Shown piece by piece: positions 53,817-61,148 of a stretch of 64,000 bases of DNA (position 1 is its first letter; each line of letters opens with the position of its first letter). The notes under the pieces were generated by a model. The model was not told the DNA's origin, did not search any database, and saw nothing but the letters and a program-made list of their open reading frames with translations. The DNA is from Octopus bimaculoides (Eukaryota). Both the position numbers and the translations under genes were made by a program. The stretch spans positions 19,446,252-19,510,251 of the forward strand of contig NC_068998.1 in the NCBI RefSeq assembly GCF_001194135.2, in the 5' to 3' direction.

Positions 53817-56193
53817 AGAGGGGAGGGGGAAAGAGAGAAAGAGGAAGGAGAGAGTGAGAGAGAGACAGAGATGAACATATAATTAATTAAGTTTCTAATA
53901 ACAAATAATATTTAAAAGATAACTTACAGCATCATAGATTATCTGTAGAGGCTCAGCATTCACACTAACTCTAGTATCACAGCTACCGTCAAGAGGATTG
54001 GTTTCAATTTTGACAGACAACAGAGGAGATGAATCACCTTCAGTCATCTTTGAGTTCATCATTTTTGGGACGAGTTTGTTTTGTGGTGACCCAAATATTG
54101 TCAATTGCTTCATAGAAGTATTGACTCTGAGAATAAAAGTCAAAGAGAGATTAAACATTAACAGCCTGTTAGACTAAATTATCAGTAAGTGTGTGACTAA
54201 TATAATGGTTTCAATTCTGGCACAAGGCCAGCAATTTTGGGGAAGGGGCCTAGTTGATCACATTGACCCCAGTGTTCAACTTGTACTCATTTTATTGACC
54301 CCGAAAGGATGAAAGGCAATGCCGATCTCAGCAGAATTTGAACTCAGAATGTAAAGATGGATGAAATACTGCTAAGCAGTTTTCCCAGTGTGCTAACAAT
54401 TCTGTTTGCTCGCCATCTTAGTATGACTGATATAATACAAATATCTAATCAAATTTTACTTGCTCTATGATAAGGTTTGCTAGCTACAGTTCAAGCTAAC
54501 AATAAAAATTGCCTCGCAATGTAGTTATTTTGATCCTGAGTGATATTCCATTAGCATTAACATACTTGGAGTTTTGTAATCTCTTGCTTTTGTACAGCTC
54601 TATATATTAGTGTTATGTGTACAACAGAAAGTGGGGCAAATTGCCAGGGAGGAAGCTAAAACTTTTCCTCAAATTAGTCAAATTCCTAATGCATTGCTGT
54701 CATTTCATGTAATGTTTTGGTGAACAGACATATCAGTATAGTGCTATAATGAGATGAATGTGCAACTAAATGGTAATTTCAAAATCAATTCTGAAAGGGT
54801 TATTGAAAAGTAGTGTAGAAATGAAGTATCTTGCTCAAGGACACAACATACTGCCAGGAATTGAACTCATGACCTTATGGTCATGAGCCAAAAGCCCTAA
54901 CCACTAAGCCACACATCTTCACAACATGCAAGTGGCCAAGAGCTCCACAGACATGTGTACCCTTAACTTAGTTCTCAGGAAGATTCAGCATGATACAGAA
55001 AGTGACAATGCTGGCTTTTGAAATACAGGTACTATCCATTTTTTCCAGCTGAGTGGATTGGAGCAACATGGAATAAAGGGCCTTGTTCAAGTATACAATG
55101 TGCCACCAGTAATGAACTCACAACCATATGATTGAGAGCCAAAAACTCTAACCACTATGCCACATGCCTTCACTGGACACATGTTATGTGTATGGAAATT
55201 ACAGTTTGGTAATGAAGTGTCAAGTGATCTGAGTGGATGGCACCCACAGAAGAAGAAGGATAAGAATGACATGAGAAGAAGTGATGAAGGCTGCGTTCAA
55301 GAGTCATAATATCACAAAGGAATTGACAAGGGACCATAATATGTGACAAAATATTGTACTGGAAAAGACCTAACAAACCCATGCAAATATGGAAAATAGA
55401 TGCAAAAGGATGATGATTAGCTAATGAAGGTTTTATGAAATATTTAACACTCCTTTTACAGTACATGAAAAAGCCAATTCTAAATTAACTATTAGAAAAT
55501 AAAATAATTTCATGTAAATCATCAACTATTTCAAAAATATAGATTAAAATATAAACATTTTAGAAGACCAATTTGTTAAATTATCAATGTGATGATTATA
55601 AATATTTAGTGACTGGCATGAATACCAGGCTTGGTATATTATGTTATACTGTTGTCTGGTTTGGATTACAAACGAAATCTAAATTGAATTTCATTCTCAG
55701 GAATGATTCTAGAATTATTTCTAAACTACTACAAATAAATAGTCAAGTTAAATAATGGACATTAAAATAAAAAATACAAAATACTTACAAAATGGCATTA
55801 GCAGATGGCCTCTGGGATACAGATGAAAACACTTCATTCAGCTGCAGCTTCATAATATCAAAGTGACTGTTAAAAAGGAAAAAAAAAAATTACAATAATA
55901 TTAAATGCACAGTGTAGACAACTCTGTATTGGCATTTAAATCAATTTCATTGAAATAAGTTGAAGATATTGAGAAAAACATATCACAAATCTTCAAGCAA
56001 AATTGCATTACAAGATTGAAGGGAAAAAAATGGTTTCTTACTTTTTGTCATCATCTTTGATAACAACGGCTAGGCAGTTCAACTTGGTGACCAATTGGAC
56101 AGCAATATACTGAAGTTTAATATTGAAATGATACTTTAATGGAAATATTCAAAGTGGCTCTGAACAAATCTTTTTTTTTTGCATTAGTTATTG

Positions 56194-56244
<51 letters not shown>

Positions 56245-59200
56245 GCACATGCATACACACACGCACATGCATACACACACGCACATGCATACACACACGC
56301 ACATGCATACACACACTTTCATTTAAAAACAAAATAGTATTTTTAAGAATGGACTTCTTTAAACATTTCATTTAAACACCCAACTGAGTTTAGCAAATTT
56401 GGATATTATTTACATCAAATAAATGTAATTTCTTTCATGCACTATTCTTTAATCATCAATCTGTATTGATTCTTGAATGCTTGTGAAGCTATCTTGCAAT
56501 AGATGCAACAGATATGTTAATCAACATTGATTAGGTCCATCAAACTGTATATACATCTATACAAGCATACACATACATGATCATCCAATGCAGATTAGGA
56601 GTTAGAGCAAAAATATTGCTAACAAAATTGGATCAGGAGATACATTTTTTTTTCTTTTCCCCCCTAAAACAAATGCTAATGCAATAAATTGAAAACATTA
56701 CCTCCTTTGGGAAAATGCCTTCATTCACATTTTCTTCATAACCAATGGCATCATAGAGACGGGCCTTTTCTTCAGGTGTGTACAATTCATAGAACTGATC
56801 CTCTACAAAGAACAGAGCATGTCAAAGACATCAGTGTTATCTCTGCCAAATGTTTTAAAATCAATATAGCACTGATAGATTAACATTTTTGGCTGTTGAA
56901 CAAGTTTTCAACAGTTTGGTCTGCATTTGCCAACAGGGCACATATTTGTTATGTTGTTGTTTAACTCTAAGTTGGACCTGACTGGCCAAACCCATGATCA
57001 AAAGCAATCGAGCCATGATCATCACATGTTTCTGGTATATCTAGACTAAATTCTTGAAAGGGTTCTTCCTTTTAAGAAGTGATTTGAGTGAGATTTGGTT
57101 GCTATTTCTAACAGGTCAAGCAACCACATTGTAATCCATCCTATTGGCTTAATAAATTTTATGTTTTTGTACATGTGTTCAAACTGGGACTGAATTCACA
57201 AACCAGTTCGCACATGATTCCAAGCTTTAATACCATATAATAAAGCATGCTCTAAAGCAATGGTTCTCAAACTGAGAAATATCAACTCCACCTCAACAAA
57301 AGGAAATTTATGAGTGAATCTTCAATCCAACGTCCACTCCATCACTATTAATATGGGGACTAAGTAGAGTCTCTGCATGCATTTAATTCTTCTTAGTTCA
57401 CCATGCTTTGAAAAGTTTAAAAAGTCAAAATCCATAGTAATTTTATAAAAACAAAGCAATTTGTTGATCCACTTTCCAATCCCTTGATTTCCCCCCACCT
57501 CACTCATTTCTTTTGAGCAACACTGGTCTACTACATGAAATGAAAGCTTGTGCATTCAATTTCGGCTTGAACACATTTAAATAAATGTAGAACCTGACAA
57601 AAATACACCAAACTGTTCAAAATAATATTTTACAAAACAAAAAGATTAAGTCTTAAAGAAAATCATTCCAGCAGTATTATTTCTATTTAAATATTTTTAC
57701 ATATGTTATTTTCTATAAGTTGATGGCTGTGTAAATTCAAATATTTACATGCTGGCTCAGGATTACTCTTCCTGAAAGGAACCCAGTTTTCAATTGATTA
57801 ATTAAAACAAACTGAATAATATCTGAATGAAGGTACTTGAAAAAATTAATAATTTTATGGTAAACGACATTTAGTAGAAGCAAGCTCCTGGCAAGAATTG
57901 TTTTGAAGAAATCATGAACTGTACATAGTTTTGATGTTGTTCATCAATGTATCTAAAGCCCTAAGCCTATGTGACAGATGTTTTTAAGAATTTTAAAATC
58001 TTCATCTGTCTCATAGGTTCAATAAAGTTGAAACAAATTTTTTTTCCCCTAGAAAATAAGGGAGGAAAACTGGGAGGAAGATTAAGAATGAGATGGTTGG
58101 ATAGTATCCATAGTCTTGGTCATGCTTGGGAATCCAACTGGAAAGTGAAATGACAGTTGCTTCTGATAGGACCCTATGGAGGAAGTGCCTGAAGGTTTTA
58201 CTCTCATGACACTTCCAAGAATAATGGGCAGAAAAGATGGATGGATGGACATGATATGGTTTGTCTTATATTAGTAGTTCACTGACCAATGTTCCATTGA
58301 CCAAAATACTCACAAATTCAGACAATTATTAAGAGAACAACTGCTGTAATCTATTAGCTTCATTAAATGTCTACCTTTCCTTTATTTTCTAATGTATAGA
58401 AAATAGATATATATTCATTTGATCATGTTTTCTTCTGTTAACTTTTACAATCTTCTATTCCAACATTTGCCTTGATGCTCTTATGAAATATATTTTTCAG
58501 GTTTACTTATTGTAGGGCTGAAGCCTACATGTTTAGTGAATGAAGGCAAGGTCTCAGTCAGCTCTTCACTCAAATCAGTAGCAAATTCTCATTTAGAGAA
58601 TGATTAAAAGTTTAAATGCTCTATTGCAAAATGTAAAGCAACATCTGCAGGGTGATACAACACTTGACATATAATACTTGAGATACTACTGAAAAAAGAA
58701 AAGGGATTAAAAATGAAATAAAAGCTTACGTATTCCTTTGCTCTCTTGCTTTTCTGGACTTCTTGTTTCAGAGCTAAACCAGCCTCCAAACCACCCTTTA
58801 CTCTTCTGGTTGGCTTTGACAACTTCTAGTTTGGCAGCCTTTAAAAGAAAGTTTTCTCCAGTTAATGACGTCTTGCAGGCTTTAAAAAAGGTGTAACTTG
58901 AAAAGAAACCTTAAATTTTTCACATTATGGTTACATCAAGGAAACTACTGAACTGCTATTTAACCCTTTAGCATTCACATTATTCTGTCAGAAGTAATGC
59001 TTATTTATTCTCAGTTTTATATTAATCCAGCATTATGTTGTGGCATTGAGATTTTGAAGGGATAACTTAATTTTTAGAATGATATTGAAGGGTTGGTGTG
59101 AGAGGCCAGATCTGGCCAGTTTGATCATAGAACAGGTAGAATATTTCGGCTGAATATGGCTGCTTTAAATGCTAAAGGGTTAAACCTTCCATGTTTTAGG

Positions 59201-61102
59201 CAATGTAGGTGTCTTACATTATTCTTTGGCATTCCTTACAATCTTGTGATTATGTTTAAAAGAAAGAAACTTCTAGGTTAGAAGGGTGAAACCTACCTCT
59301 ACTTCTGCTTGTTGTCTCATCAGAAGGATACAAAAGATATCCAGATATTTTTCCGATTCCTGAAATGAAATTAGTAAATAACTGATTATTAAAAATGAGA
59401 AAAGAAACAGCAATAAGATAATAAAATACTATTCTAGCTTTAGATAAGGAATCATTTTGTGTATACTGATTTTAGAACTGGTACACTGAACCCTTTCATC
59501 ACAAGAGGCAACTAAAAGGATTGGCAACAGAGAGGACATCATCATCATCGTTTAACGTCCGCTTTCCATGCTAGCATGGGTTGGACGATTTGACTGAGGA
59601 CTGGTGAACCAGATGGCTACACCAGGCTCCAATCTGAATTGGCAGAGTTTCTACAGCTGGATGCCCTTCCTAACACCAACCACTCCGAGAGTGTAGTGGG
59701 TGCTTTTACATGCCACCGGCACAAAGGCCAGTCAGGAGGTACTGGCAACGGCCACGCTTGAAATGGTGCATTTTACGTGCCACCTGCACAGGAGCCAGTC
59801 CAGCGGCACTGGCAACGAACTCGCTCGAATGACTTTTCACGTGCCACTGGCACAAGTGACAGGAAGGCGATGTTGGTAACGGTCACACTCAAATAGCGCT
59901 ATTTACGTGCCACCGGCCTGTAAACTATTACCTTAAAAAGGAAGCCAAGAGGAGCATTAAGATGGTCATGAGGCCATCAAGGCTAACTCCATCATTTGTT
60001 GCTGGTTGTTGTTCTTTATAAATACACAATCCAATTTCAGAACAAATATGTACATCACAGCAAAATTCCTTTTTGTCAATGACGTTGATAATCATTAGAA
60101 GACAGATGCAGAGAAACTACTATTCCTTTCCTATATAGTGAATGTAATATCTAATGGAAAGACTACCCCTGAACTTACAGCACAAACTCTGTTTCAAAAT
60201 TTTCAATCAAAATTTCAGGTTAAATTATGTTCCAAACACTAGTTCTATAATAACAAAATTATCAAAATAAATTCTTCATTATTATATGTTAGTTATCATG
60301 TCCAAATAAGACACTTGCTATTGATTAAAATACATATCTAACCGCAATAGTTTTTGAAACGCTTGATGCAACTGATTTCTGAGAGAGTTTCTTAACGTAA
60401 GCTTCCTTGTATTGTTTCATTATAGTTCTGTGATTTATTATGTGAGCCCAGGAAAACATCTTTCTTCGACGTCGAACAGTTTCCTCCAAAATGCATTCAT
60501 AAGCATATTTCCACCTGTAAGAATAAAGAAAGTTTTTTTTTTCACTATATTTGCCAGTGTATAATAAGATGCACTCTCACACAAGATGCACCCCTACTTT
60601 ATAAATATATTTTGTGAGAAAAAGAATAAATTTAATATGCATCATCACACACTTGGTAATTCTTCCATAATATATTTGCATTAGACACATAACAATTTTT
60701 GGTTACCTTTAAGAATATAAAAAAGGAAATTATGTGCCAGCATCTTTTATCTTTTAGCTTTTACTTGTTTCAGTTATTAGATTGTGGTCATGCTGGGGCA
60801 CTGCCTTAAAGAATTTTTAGCTGAATGAATTAACCCCTGTACTTTTTTTTTAAGCCGGATATTATTCTATCAATATTGTTTGTTGAACTGCGAAATTACA
60901 GGGATGTAAATTCACCAACACCGGTTGTCAAGTAGTGATGGGGAGACAAACACAGACACGCACACATATAGATATATTCTATACACACACACACACACAG
61001 ATATATTCTATATACACACACATACACAGATATATTCTATATACACACACACATATAGATATAGTCTATACACACACACACACATATATAGATATATTCT
61101 AT

Positions 61103-61148
<46 letters not shown>

